Origin: a virus
Taxonomy: Duplodnaviria; Caudoviricetes
Virus record (IMG/VR): IMGVR_UViG_3300020438_000029
Span: 3,462-67,461 of that record
Direction: 5' to 3' (one strand)
Length of the DNA stretch: 64,000 nucleotides
The notes beneath the pieces were generated by a model. It made no database searches. It saw nothing but the letters and a program-made list of their open reading frames with translations, and was not told where the DNA came from. Shown here one piece after another: positions 50,295-58,645 of the stretch (positions within the stretch are counted from its first letter, which is position 1; every line of letters begins with the position of its first letter). The position numbers and the translations under genes are program-made.

Positions 50295-51332
50295 TTAAAA
50301 TAACATGCTGAATAGCAGTGATCTATTTTTACTTATTAATTCATCTCGTGTTTGTTCTTTGTTTACAAAAAACAACCCTGTTTTTCCGTTAGATTGATCT
50401 GAAGCATATAATTTAATACCTTCACTAGTATATAACGGTTCTAAATTTTCAGGTGATATATCATCTACACCTGGAACACTTGTTAGTACTAATGAATCTT
50501 CAATCTTAACTCCGCCAACACCTGGTGCCCTAAGAACTAAATCAGCATCACTTGCTAGTGTTTCAATAGTAGTTCCTGCAACTCTTATTTGATCAAATTC
50601 CCAACGGTCAGCATACAATTGCGAAACTGTATTATTATCTATTGCGAATTTTATTACACTTGGATTACTTGTTGTTTCTTCGTCTTCAATAGTAATACTA
50701 GTAACTGATAACGATCCGTCGCCAATTTGACTTAAGAAAACATTAGCAAAGTTATATGCAACATAATCTGCTACACCTTGTACATTAGTTAGTGCATCTG
50801 GATTTCTTAATGCTCCGTTAATGTTGCCACTAATATCATATTCAAATGTACCGTATTCATAGTTAACTACGTTTTGAACAGAAACTGTAGGTGCTGCTCC
50901 TGTACCCGTTGATGGATTTCCTGGAGTTAGTAATAGAGATGCTCCGCCGGTGTCTAATCCGCTTGTTCTAAGTTTTTGTAAATTGCTATCTTGATCATAA
51001 ATTATAAATCCGCTTATATCTTCATCATATCCAAAATATACATTAGCAATACTTCCTCGATTAATTTCTAATCCAGAAAATTTCTCAGTTCCTTGAATTC
51101 CGTTTGATCCGTCATCACCCTGGTTAAGTGTAATAACTCTATCTGTAATAACAGTATCAGTAGTTTCTAGTCTTGTAAAGTTGCCTTCAACTACTAAATC
51201 ACCGGTAACAAAAACTGTTCCTGCTGCAACACCAGTGTTCAGTTTTATATAGCCACCTGATTGAACGGATACTGTATAGTTTCCGCTATTGAGTGCGCCC
51301 GGCGTTCCTGCTACGTTAAGATATTTTGACAT
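50295..51332 (-). CDS. Virion structural protein
   Basis: VTGDLVVEG, ITDRVITLN, GLEINRG fibre-like motifs. Confidence 0.68.
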   Translation of the reverse strand: MSKYLNVAGTPGALNSGNYTVSVQSGGYIKLNTGVAAGTVFVTGDLVVEGNFTRLETTDTVITDRVITLNQGDDGSNGIQGTEKFSGLEINRGSIANVYFGYDEDISGFIIYDQDSNLQKLRTSGLDTGGASLLLTPGNPSTGTGAAPTVSVQNVVNYEYGTFEYDISGNINGALRNPDALTNVQGVADYVAYNFANVFLSQIGDGSLSVTSITIEDEETTSNPSVIKFAIDNNTVSQLYADRWEFDQIRVAGTTIETLASDADLVLRAPGVGGVKIEDSLVLTSVPGVDDISPENLEPLYTSEGIKLYASDQSNGKTGLFFVNKEQTRDELISKNRSLLFSMLF

Positions 51333-51347
51333 TCTTTAATCCTATTT

Positions 51348-51380
51348 AAAAAAGTATATGGGGGAACTTAATCCCCCATA
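51348..51380 (-). terminator. Intrinsic terminator
   Basis: TATGGGGGA-N6-TCCCCCATA stem, then TACTTTTTT on the minus strand. Confidence 0.8.
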
Positions 51381-51387
51381 ACTAATC

Positions 51388-51792
51388 TTAGTCAGCTTCA
51401 AAATCGTCTGCGCCAGTGAAATCATCAGCTGTACCAGCTTCTTCCATTTCAACTGCATTGTCATCAACTGCATCACTGAAGTTCCAAGCAATACTTGTGC
51501 CTGTGTCAAGTGTTACTTTACGTCCTGCAATTTTAGTAACTTGACGAGCTGTTCCGCCATCGTCTTTTACAGTAATTGTCATTTCGCCTGCTACTAAAGT
51601 ACCTTGTGCTTTATCAACTAAAGTACAATCCATTGTATTAGTACCATCATAGCAACGGAACTTTTTAGATCCTAATTGCTTTACAATCCAGCCGTTTGCT
51701 TCTGCTTGGCCTGTAGCACGAAAACGTACTTTAATTTCGTTGCCGTCTGCTGTCGGCTCTCCGAAAAATCTTTTATTAATTGGTCTTCCCAT
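51388..51792 (-). CDS. Late protein downstream of the capsid gene (possible head decoration protein)
   Basis: 134 aa; own late box, SD AGGAG and terminator. Confidence 0.65.
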   Translation of the reverse strand: MGRPINKRFFGEPTADGNEIKVRFRATGQAEANGWIVKQLGSKKFRCYDGTNTMDCTLVDKAQGTLVAGEMTITVKDDGGTARQVTKIAGRKVTLDTGTSIAWNFSDAVDDNAVEMEEAGTADDFTGADDFEAD

Positions 51793-51887
51793 TTGTTTTC
51801 TCCTATAAAAAGTAGTCCTATGCCCGTTCTATGGGCTACGCTGTGGTGCAGCATAAGTCCGCCTTGCGGCTCGCTATCTGACATTAG
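51793..51887 (-). ncRNA. Candidate structured 5' leader RNA
   Basis: Three hairpins: GCC-GCAA-GGC, UAUGCUG-CACCA-CAGCGUA, GCCC-AUAGAAC-GGGC. Confidence 0.5.
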
Positions 51888-51902
51888 TATTTATCAAATA
51901 AG

Positions 51903-51977
51903 AAAAAAGCTCAACACAGTTAAGTATTGAGCTTTTAATATTAAAGTCAAAAAAATAGGCCCCGTAGGACCTATTTT
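51903..51977 (-). terminator. Tandem terminators after the major capsid gene
   Basis: AUAGGUCC-UACG-GGGCCUAU followed by a U run, then AAAAGCUCAA...UUGAGCUUUUUU. Confidence 0.85.
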
Positions 51978-51996
51978 CTGTTTAGTAAAACTAAAC

Positions 51997-53175
51997 TTAG
52001 CTAAAGCTAACTGCTGTGTCAGTAATGTCTACTTTACCCAAGTAGTCAGCTGCGTTACCAAGCGATGACGCAGTGTTATTCAACTCAACATATCCATAAC
52101 GTGTCATGAATGATACTGTTGGTTCGAATGTACCTGGATCCAATACAACTCCTGAGCTCATTAGCGGAATATATGGGCAATAGAATGCTGCCGCATCTGA
52201 TTCGCTTGAACCTTTGTAGCCGATTAGTACCGCTGAATCATCAGCAGCATAAGTGTTTACATACACTTTCATAGCGTTGTTCAAAGTACCAACCATCTTA
52301 GTGTTAGTTGGAGCTTCAAAAGCACCTTCAGTTGTACGTGCAAACGCTGAAGTTGTAGCAGATTGTAGGATTGTTAACGCGAATGGCGATACAACAGCCC
52401 AGTTACCTGCACCTCTACGTGTGCGCTGTGCAATCAAGTTACTTACGCGGTTGATCTGCACTGCCAATGCGGCATGCTCGTCACCTACGAATGTAGCTGT
52501 ACCTGAAACACCTGTTTGTACATATGTTTCAGCAGCAGCACCAGCTAGTGTGTCTAAAGACGCTAGTACTTCTTGATCGATTTCAGCAGTAATCTCTTGT
52601 GCTAATGCAGCCATGATTTCTGCTTCAACGTCAATACCGTGCATAGACTGTGCGTCTTGTGCAGCTTCAAACGTCCAGCGAGCTGACAACTTACGTGTCT
52701 TAGCTTCAACTGTCTGCTTCAAGATTTGAATTGACATTCTGTTGCCTGCTTCACCTTCAAGTGCTGCTGTTGCATCAGCTTTACCTGATGTAGCATTACC
52801 TGAATATGCTTCAGCAATTTTGAATGGGCTTAGAGCCTCTTCGCCTGCTGTTGCACCTGATGCGCCTGCGCCTACTGTGTCTGAATAACGAACACGTAGA
52901 GTGTGGATTTGACCCACAGGACCAGTCATTGGTTGTACGCCTACTAACTCGTTAGCAATAACGGTTGGCATTACACGTCTGATCACTGGAAGGATCACAC
53001 GATTTAGTGTTGCGACATTACCCGCACTTGTTGCACCAGCTGTAGCACTCTCTGACAAGTACTTGCGGGTGTTTTCTAGCGTAGCAGCCATAACAGACTT
53101 CTTGTTGCCTTGCAAGCCTTCAAGAAGAGCAGTTTTGGTGTCTACCCAGCGGCTTTCTAATAGTTCTGACATCAT
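51997..53175 (-). CDS. gp23: Major capsid protein, T4 gp23-like
   Basis: IRRVMP, GVQPMTGPVGQI, VEAKTRKLSARWT.EAAQD, EITAEIDQE, FYCPYIPL, FMTRYG. Confidence 0.96.
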   Translation of the reverse strand: MMSELLESRWVDTKTALLEGLQGNKKSVMAATLENTRKYLSESATAGATSAGNVATLNRVILPVIRRVMPTVIANELVGVQPMTGPVGQIHTLRVRYSDTVGAGASGATAGEEALSPFKIAEAYSGNATSGKADATAALEGEAGNRMSIQILKQTVEAKTRKLSARWTFEAAQDAQSMHGIDVEAEIMAALAQEITAEIDQEVLASLDTLAGAAAETYVQTGVSGTATFVGDEHAALAVQINRVSNLIAQRTRRGAGNWAVVSPFALTILQSATTSAFARTTEGAFEAPTNTKMVGTLNNAMKVYVNTYAADDSAVLIGYKGSSESDAAAFYCPYIPLMSSGVVLDPGTFEPTVSFMTRYGYVELNNTASSLGNAADYLGKVDITDTAVSFS

Positions 53176-53186
53176 TATCTCCTTAA

Positions 53187-54287
53187 TTATAATCCAGCAA
53201 GACGTTTAATATCAACTACATTACTGATTGATTCTTCGTCTGCTTTAGTTGCTGTCATTGTTTCTTCTCTGTTGCCTGTAATTTCTTTGCCTTCTGTAAT
53301 TGCTGCCTTACGCTTTGCTGGAGTATTTCCGTCGATAACCGATGGTAAGTACTTGTCAAAAGACTTTTGTAGTCTAGTGGTTTGTACTGATTCCAGTAAG
53401 TCTGTCATAATCTCGCGCTGATCGTTGCTCAAAGGAGCAATCAGTTCGTTCATAATCTTTTCTCTTTTTGCTGTTTCAACTAAACGTTGCTTTTCAACGT
53501 TAACTGATTCAGCTAAAGTTTTTGCCTTTGTTGCAAATGCTTTTGCTTCTACAAGTTGCTTGTCTTTAATATCAACAACTTTAAGAAGTTTAGCTACTTC
53601 TGAATTCTCATTCAAGTGGCTAGTTGTATACTCTCCTGCAAATGCTTCAAAGATTTTACGACCAAAATCGTTTCTTCGTGCTGCGTCAATATCTTCTTTA
53701 AGTGAAGTAATTTCAGTTTTAAGTGAGTTACCAACCATTTCAGATACTGCTGTAGCACTTCTTTCAATAAAATCAGTTTTAACTTTATTGAAGTGTGTCT
53801 TAGCTTCGCGTACTAAACGTACTTTAGTTTCTGCTAAGTCTTTCTTGTCTTCATAGAACTCAGAAATTTCATTAGACAGGGCGTCTACTACAAACTCTTC
53901 TAACTGGCTATAACTTTCAGCCAGTGCAGCTTTGTCTGCTCGTAGTTCTTTGATTTCTGCTGCTAAATTTTCAGCAACAAAACCTTTTAGAAGATCTGCA
54001 TTTTCACGCATTGCAACAGCATACTTCGCTTTTGCTTCTGCTAAACCTTTACGGTCTTCTTGAAATTCTGCAATCTCTTCTGCAAGACGCTCAGAAAGCA
54101 TTGAGTCAATAGCTTCAACCATAGTTGATTTATCATGCTCATACTTCTGTGCAAATTCTTCACGAAGTTCAGCAGCTACTTGCTGCTTATTTTCAGAAAC
54201 CTTTGCGGTCCACGCCTCTTCTAACTCAGCCCTGATTTCCTCTGAAACAACATCATTTTCAAACAGTGTTTTCAGTGCATCAATCAT
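53187..54287 (-). CDS. gp22: Prohead core scaffold protein, gp22-like
   Basis: Long acidic coiled coil between protease and capsid genes; GRKIFEAF, IKRLAGL end. Confidence 0.8.
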   Translation of the reverse strand: MIDALKTLFENDVVSEEIRAELEEAWTAKVSENKQQVAAELREEFAQKYEHDKSTMVEAIDSMLSERLAEEIAEFQEDRKGLAEAKAKYAVAMRENADLLKGFVAENLAAEIKELRADKAALAESYSQLEEFVVDALSNEISEFYEDKKDLAETKVRLVREAKTHFNKVKTDFIERSATAVSEMVGNSLKTEITSLKEDIDAARRNDFGRKIFEAFAGEYTTSHLNENSEVAKLLKVVDIKDKQLVEAKAFATKAKTLAESVNVEKQRLVETAKREKIMNELIAPLSNDQREIMTDLLESVQTTRLQKSFDKYLPSVIDGNTPAKRKAAITEGKEITGNREETMTATKADEESISNVVDIKRLAGL

Positions 54288-54302
54288 TGTGTTCTCCTAA
54301 TT

Positions 54303-54923
54303 TCACTGGAGTTTACTGATTATACTAATCAGTGATTCCTTTAGATACTTTTGTGCCTTTGGGTCTTCTTTAGTAGCCTGTGCTAATTCATATGCCTTAT
54401 ATCCGCCTCTTGCATTCATAAGATGTTCATAAATGGGAGTAGGATATGCACCAGGAGCAGATGGTTGAGCAACTACGTCCACGGTAATAATTTCAAAGTC
54501 GGCAACGTTTCCGGTGCCGTCTACTTCACCAGAGCCCCTAGATGAAACACCTAGTTTAACACCTGCCTCGAGCATTGTTTTAACTAGTTGTCCCATCGGG
54601 GTTGGTAATATTTTTAACTTGCCGTAACCGTTGCTACCATCCATCCAACATTCAGTTATCATATGGCTTACACGGTCAATGTTAATGTTAAGTCCTTCTG
54701 GATGATCAACTTCTCCGAGAGGAGTATAGCCGCCGCTAATCTGATCATTGAGCGTTTTGACAGCCCTGCCGATTTCATCTACAGGATACACTCGCTGATT
54801 AGCATTACGAATACCGCCTTGGATAATAATACCTTTTAAATAAAGGTCTTTACCCTCGTTAGCATTCTCTAATACTACGTTAGCTTGGTCAAATGTCAAA
54901 TGCTCTCGTAAGTTTCTCATCAA
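54303..54923 (-). CDS. gp21: Prohead protease
   Basis: NANQRVYP, LGEVDHP, DRVSH, LPTPMG, LGVSSRGSG, DVVAQPSAPGAY. Confidence 0.95.
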   Translation of the reverse strand: MMRNLREHLTFDQANVVLENANEGKDLYLKGIIIQGGIRNANQRVYPVDEIGRAVKTLNDQISGGYTPLGEVDHPEGLNINIDRVSHMITECWMDGSNGYGKLKILPTPMGQLVKTMLEAGVKLGVSSRGSGEVDGTGNVADFEIITVDVVAQPSAPGAYPTPIYEHLMNARGGYKAYELAQATKEDPKAQKYLKESLISIISKLQ

Positions 54924-54939
54924 TTGGTCCTAACTACTT

Positions 54940-55908
54940 TTATTTGCCTACAACGGATGTTTTGTTGTCAGCAGTCTCTGGCTTTGACTTCTTTTCAGCG
55001 CCGTGGCCAGGTTCGGTTTTGCCAGCTTTTGCTGCCTTACCACCAGGAACGTTAACGTTCTTGGTATTCATGTCCTTTGCACTTGTATCACTTAAAGCAT
55101 TACCTTTAACTGTACTTCCTGCTCCGGCTTCTGCGCTTGCGTCTGAACCAGCTTGGTTTAAATTACCTGCTGTGCCGCCCATATCGTTTGCGCCTGCTAC
55201 TGTTGACTTGGTGTTTGCACCGTTGTCGCCCATTGTAGCTGATACTTTTTCAACATACTCGCGCATTTGCTCGCCTGCTGTTTGTGGTTCTTTTGATTCG
55301 TCAACTTCTTCGTCAGCTGCTTCATCTACTTCTTCGTCAGTTGCTTCGTCTACTTCTTCGTCTGTAGCTTCTTCAACTTCTTCGTCTGATGCTTCAAATG
55401 CAAATGCTTCTTCTTCTGGCTCTTCTTCGCCTTCATCGTCTTCGCCATCGTCATCACCAGCCATCATTTTTTCAAATTCTGCTTTAAGGTCGTCTAGTGC
55501 GTCTTCTAGGTCTTCTACACGATCTTCAACATCACCTTCTGGTGCGTCTTCGTCGTCGCCTTCTTCGCCTTCGTCGTCCATGCCTAGGTCTGCCATCATG
55601 TCATCTGTTTTGTCCATGTCCATTGGATCAGCTTCTACTTCAAACTCATCTAGGTCAAAACCTTCTTCGACTGTTTCGTCATCTGACTCGTCTAGATCTT
55701 CGTCAGTTGCTTCATCTACTTCTTCATCAGTTGCTTCATCTACTTCTTCATCAGTAGCTTCATCAACTTCAGCTTCGTCTTCTAGTAAACTTTCATAGAT
55801 ATCACGTGATTTTTCAACTACAATCTCGTGGAATAATTCTTGTGCTGCTTCTTTGTCTTCATTGACAAGAAGCTCTAGCATCTTTTCAAACTTATTTTGA
55901 TCTGCCAT
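54940..55908 (-). CDS. Highly acidic prohead core/scaffold protein with tandem repeats
   Basis: Asp/Glu-rich 322 aa upstream of the protease; late box 55981-55986; SD AGGAG. Confidence 0.72.
   Translation of the reverse strand: MADQNKFEKMLELLVNEDKEAAQELFHEIVVEKSRDIYESLLEDEAEVDEATDEEVDEATDEEVDEATDEDLDESDDETVEEGFDLDEFEVEADPMDMDKTDDMMADLGMDDEGEEGDDEDAPEGDVEDRVEDLEDALDDLKAEFEKMMAGDDDGEDDEGEEEPEEEAFAFEASDEEVEEATDEEVDEATDEEVDEAADEEVDESKEPQTAGEQMREYVEKVSATMGDNGANTKSTVAGANDMGGTAGNLNQAGSDASAEAGAGSTVKGNALSDTSAKDMNTKNVNVPGGKAAKAGKTEPGHGAEKKSKPETADNKTSVVGK
55294..55395 (-). repeat. 24-bp tandem repeat, block 2 (EATDEEVD)
   Basis: About 4 imperfect copies. Confidence 0.85.
55687..55770 (-). repeat. 24-bp tandem repeat, block 1 (EVDEATDE)
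   Basis: About 3.5 copies. Confidence 0.85.
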
Positions 55909-56015
55909 TTTTAACTCCTATAAATGTTGTGTACACGCAAGAAACACCGAAGATGCTCCCTTTGTGGGGCTGTCAATATATATTTACATTATTTTGGAAA
56001 AAGTATACAGAAATA

Positions 56016-56030
56016 GGCTCAAAACGAGCC
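56016..56030 (-). terminator. Short hairpin, possible terminator
   Basis: GGCTC-N5-GAGCC downstream of the 56039 stop. Confidence 0.5.
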
Positions 56031-56038
56031 AAAAAGTA

Positions 56039-56626
56039 CTATGAAGCCATTTTTGCTTGAAAATCTGCAACTGACATGTGTGTAAGATTGTTTAATTTAC
56101 TAAATCGCTTTGGAATAAAATTATTTTCTCCTAACACTCTTATATATCTCTTGTCAGGATTGTTAAATATGACACTATAAGTTTGGCTTTCCCAATTACC
56201 GTAATATGTAGCAGCTTCATTACTTTTTTTATAATTGTTAGTATCAGCGTATATGTTATTAACTCTGTTATCTTCGCCTAACCCTTTATAATCAAAACCT
56301 AAAATATATATTTCATTATTATTATGAATAGAAGCTAAATGAAGGGCAGTGGGCCCACTACTCCATCCTTTTGTTGGGTTAAAAAAATTAAATCCAGTCA
56401 TTTGGTGATATAACTTATTAGGATTTGTCCATACTTCGTTGCTGTGTTGATAACGTGCATTATTAATTTCTATAATCATTTTAACATCAACTGCAACCAA
56501 ATAGTTAGGAGAATACTCTCTAAAAAGAGCATTACAACCGTATATTTTTCCTTTTGATTTTAATTGATTCAAATCGACTGGTTTACGACTTACACCGTTA
56601 CCAACGACAAATGCTGTTATTGACAT
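56039..56626 (-). CDS. Maf/CstII-like (DUF115-type) nucleotide-sugar transferase fold protein
   Basis: VVGNGVSR, IYGCNALF, LVAVD, SSGPTAL, IYILGFDY. Confidence 0.6.
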   Translation of the reverse strand: MSITAFVVGNGVSRKPVDLNQLKSKGKIYGCNALFREYSPNYLVAVDVKMIIEINNARYQHSNEVWTNPNKLYHQMTGFNFFNPTKGWSSGPTALHLASIHNNNEIYILGFDYKGLGEDNRVNNIYADTNNYKKSNEAATYYGNWESQTYSVIFNNPDKRYIRVLGENNFIPKRFSKLNNLTHMSVADFQAKMAS

Positions 56627-56871
56627 TACATTTCAGCTTGTTGTTGTGACGCTATTCCGTACATTTGTTTAACAAACTCAAGTTCTTTTAATTTTTCTTC
56701 TTTATGTAGTTCAGATGATTTTCTTATTTTTTGAATTTGTTTTAAACTTAATCTTGTCTTACGAGTATCATTTCTGGCCATTGGTGAGTCATCAGAGTCT
56801 GCGTCATAACGTTTGTCATCTACAGACTCAACAGTCTCAGGATCAAAGTAAAATAATTCTCGTAGTATCAT
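56626..56871 (-). CDS. Small prohead-associated protein
   Basis: 81 aa downstream of portal; TAAATA-N5-ATG. Confidence 0.65.
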   Translation of the reverse strand: MILRELFYFDPETVESVDDKRYDADSDDSPMARNDTRKTRLSLKQIQKIRKSSELHKEEKLKELEFVKQMYGIASQQQAEM

Positions 56872-56879
56872 ATTATTAT

Positions 56880-58634
56880 TTATATCGTTTGTTCAGTTCC
56901 TGAACTAGAAGCTCCTAGTTCATTGCCCGTTACTGTTTCAGGACCTGTATCCGAGCCGCCGTCTTCGGCTCCGGTTTCAGTATCTACTTCGTCTTCTAAG
57001 TTTCCTAAATCATTACTGATTCCGCCACTGCTAATTCCTGCATCACGCATTTCTGCACCAGCTTCTCCAGGAATTGGAGATAAGTTTTCTTCGTTTTCTT
57101 CTCGCCATAGACGTTCATTCTCAGCAAGTTCTTCGTCAGTTAAGCCTAAGAAGCGTTGCATTGCAAAGCGATTTGAAATATAAGGTATTGCACTCATTTG
57201 TGTATATGTTGGTACACGAGCATTGTCAATTTCACTCTGTCTATATGCTGCAAAGTTCTGCGGTGGCTGAAACTTAAGATCAAACATTGCAACATCAACA
57301 TTCATACCTTTTTCTAACAAATAACGTTTAAACTCTGTGTCAAATTCTTCAACTACTAGATTTTGCAAACGTTCACAATAGGTATTGAAGCGTAGCTCTT
57401 GGATATAAGCTGTACCCACACGTCCGTCATTATATTGTGCTGCTGAATCATCTGCTCCAGTTGGTAAGTACGAACTTGGGATACGTAAGCCGCGTACCAG
57501 CTTATTAGTAAAGTATCTAAGGTCATCAATCTCTCCTAGGTTAGTGCCGCCCGGAAGTGTTTCAACTTTAGAGCCTCTGCCTTCAGCAGTTTGTGGGAAA
57601 AAGTAATCTTCGTTGATTGACAAGGGATTGTATGAACTGTCTATGACATTTTGGCCTCCTCCTGTGGACGATGGGATACGTCTTTGATGTATTTCCGTTT
57701 TAACACGTTCCACAAATTGCATAGCAAGGTGTGAAGGCATGTTACCCACATCAACGTAGAATACTCTTCTTTCTGGTGCTCGCTGTACACGATAGATAAT
57801 AATCGCGTCTTCTAATAATTCTTTTTGCTTATATACCTTAAACACAGTTTCTAATAAGCTATTACCAAACGGATAGTTCTGATCTAAACCTTCGGATAAA
57901 CTTAGATGCACTACGTGTTCTGAATTTACTGTAACTTCGGAATCGTCTGTTGTAAATCTTGAGCCTCCCATGCTTGACTGTGGTTGCCCAACCATTCCAC
58001 GTGCGCCGCCTGTTGATTGGTATTGTCCGCCGTTGCCACCACCTGTTATATTTCCGTTAGTTACTACCGGAGTAGTTGCAACACCATCTTTAAAGTTAAA
58101 ATTAATATTTTTAATTACATATTGCTCTGGTACTTTACCTTCGCTTTCATTTACAATAATACGTGTTACATTTGCAGGATCAACATGAAACCATTTTTTA
58201 GTTTCTGGATCTCTTAGGAAGAATTGATCTCCCATCTTAAATATATTACGAAGAATTCTAAAAATCTTTGTTTCAAAATTTTGTAGTTTGTTCCATTGCT
58301 GTAAATATTTTTGAACAATAGTAACTTCAGAGTTAGTTGCCTTTTGCTTAAAGTCGATTATAAACGGAGTGTTATTTTGTTTATTTTTTTGTGTGCAAAA
58401 TTCAGCAAGAATATCAAGAGCAGCATTAACTTCACTATCTTGATCCATTGTGTTATATTGTCCGTAACGTTCAACTCTATTGGGAGAACCTACATAAACA
58501 TCAGGCAAGTAACTTGAATAGTTAGAACGAGCAGGGCCTGCCATGTTGCCGCTATTTTTTGTTGTAAACGGACTGTAACTGCCGTTTTGATTATTGCCTG
58601 TTGGCACAGGCGTAAAATATTTTTTCCAACTCAT
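56880..58634 (-). CDS. gp20: Portal protein
   Basis: LLEDAIIIYRVQRAPERRVFYVDVGNMP, EDYFFP, GRGSKVETLPGG.NLGEIDD, LRIPSSYL. Confidence 0.96.
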   Translation of the reverse strand: MSWKKYFTPVPTGNNQNGSYSPFTTKNSGNMAGPARSNYSSYLPDVYVGSPNRVERYGQYNTMDQDSEVNAALDILAEFCTQKNKQNNTPFIIDFKQKATNSEVTIVQKYLQQWNKLQNFETKIFRILRNIFKMGDQFFLRDPETKKWFHVDPANVTRIIVNESEGKVPEQYVIKNINFNFKDGVATTPVVTNGNITGGGNGGQYQSTGGARGMVGQPQSSMGGSRFTTDDSEVTVNSEHVVHLSLSEGLDQNYPFGNSLLETVFKVYKQKELLEDAIIIYRVQRAPERRVFYVDVGNMPSHLAMQFVERVKTEIHQRRIPSSTGGGQNVIDSSYNPLSINEDYFFPQTAEGRGSKVETLPGGTNLGEIDDLRYFTNKLVRGLRIPSSYLPTGADDSAAQYNDGRVGTAYIQELRFNTYCERLQNLVVEEFDTEFKRYLLEKGMNVDVAMFDLKFQPPQNFAAYRQSEIDNARVPTYTQMSAIPYISNRFAMQRFLGLTDEELAENERLWREENEENLSPIPGEAGAEMRDAGISSGGISNDLGNLEDEVDTETGAEDGGSDTGPETVTGNELGASSSGTEQTI

Positions 58635-58645
58635 TTAATTCTCCA

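Noticed and set aside
51681-51884. 67-aa minus-strand ORF through the structured leader
   Set aside because: Its ATG is only 3 nt from the late box, upstream of the expected +1, and it overlaps a better-supported gene in another frame.
55294-55770. CRISPR array
   Set aside because: The 24-bp units are contiguous, coding and have no unique spacers; no cas genes are present.
54893-55798. 301-aa plus-strand Ser-rich ORF
   Set aside because: Antisense shadow of the acidic scaffold gene.
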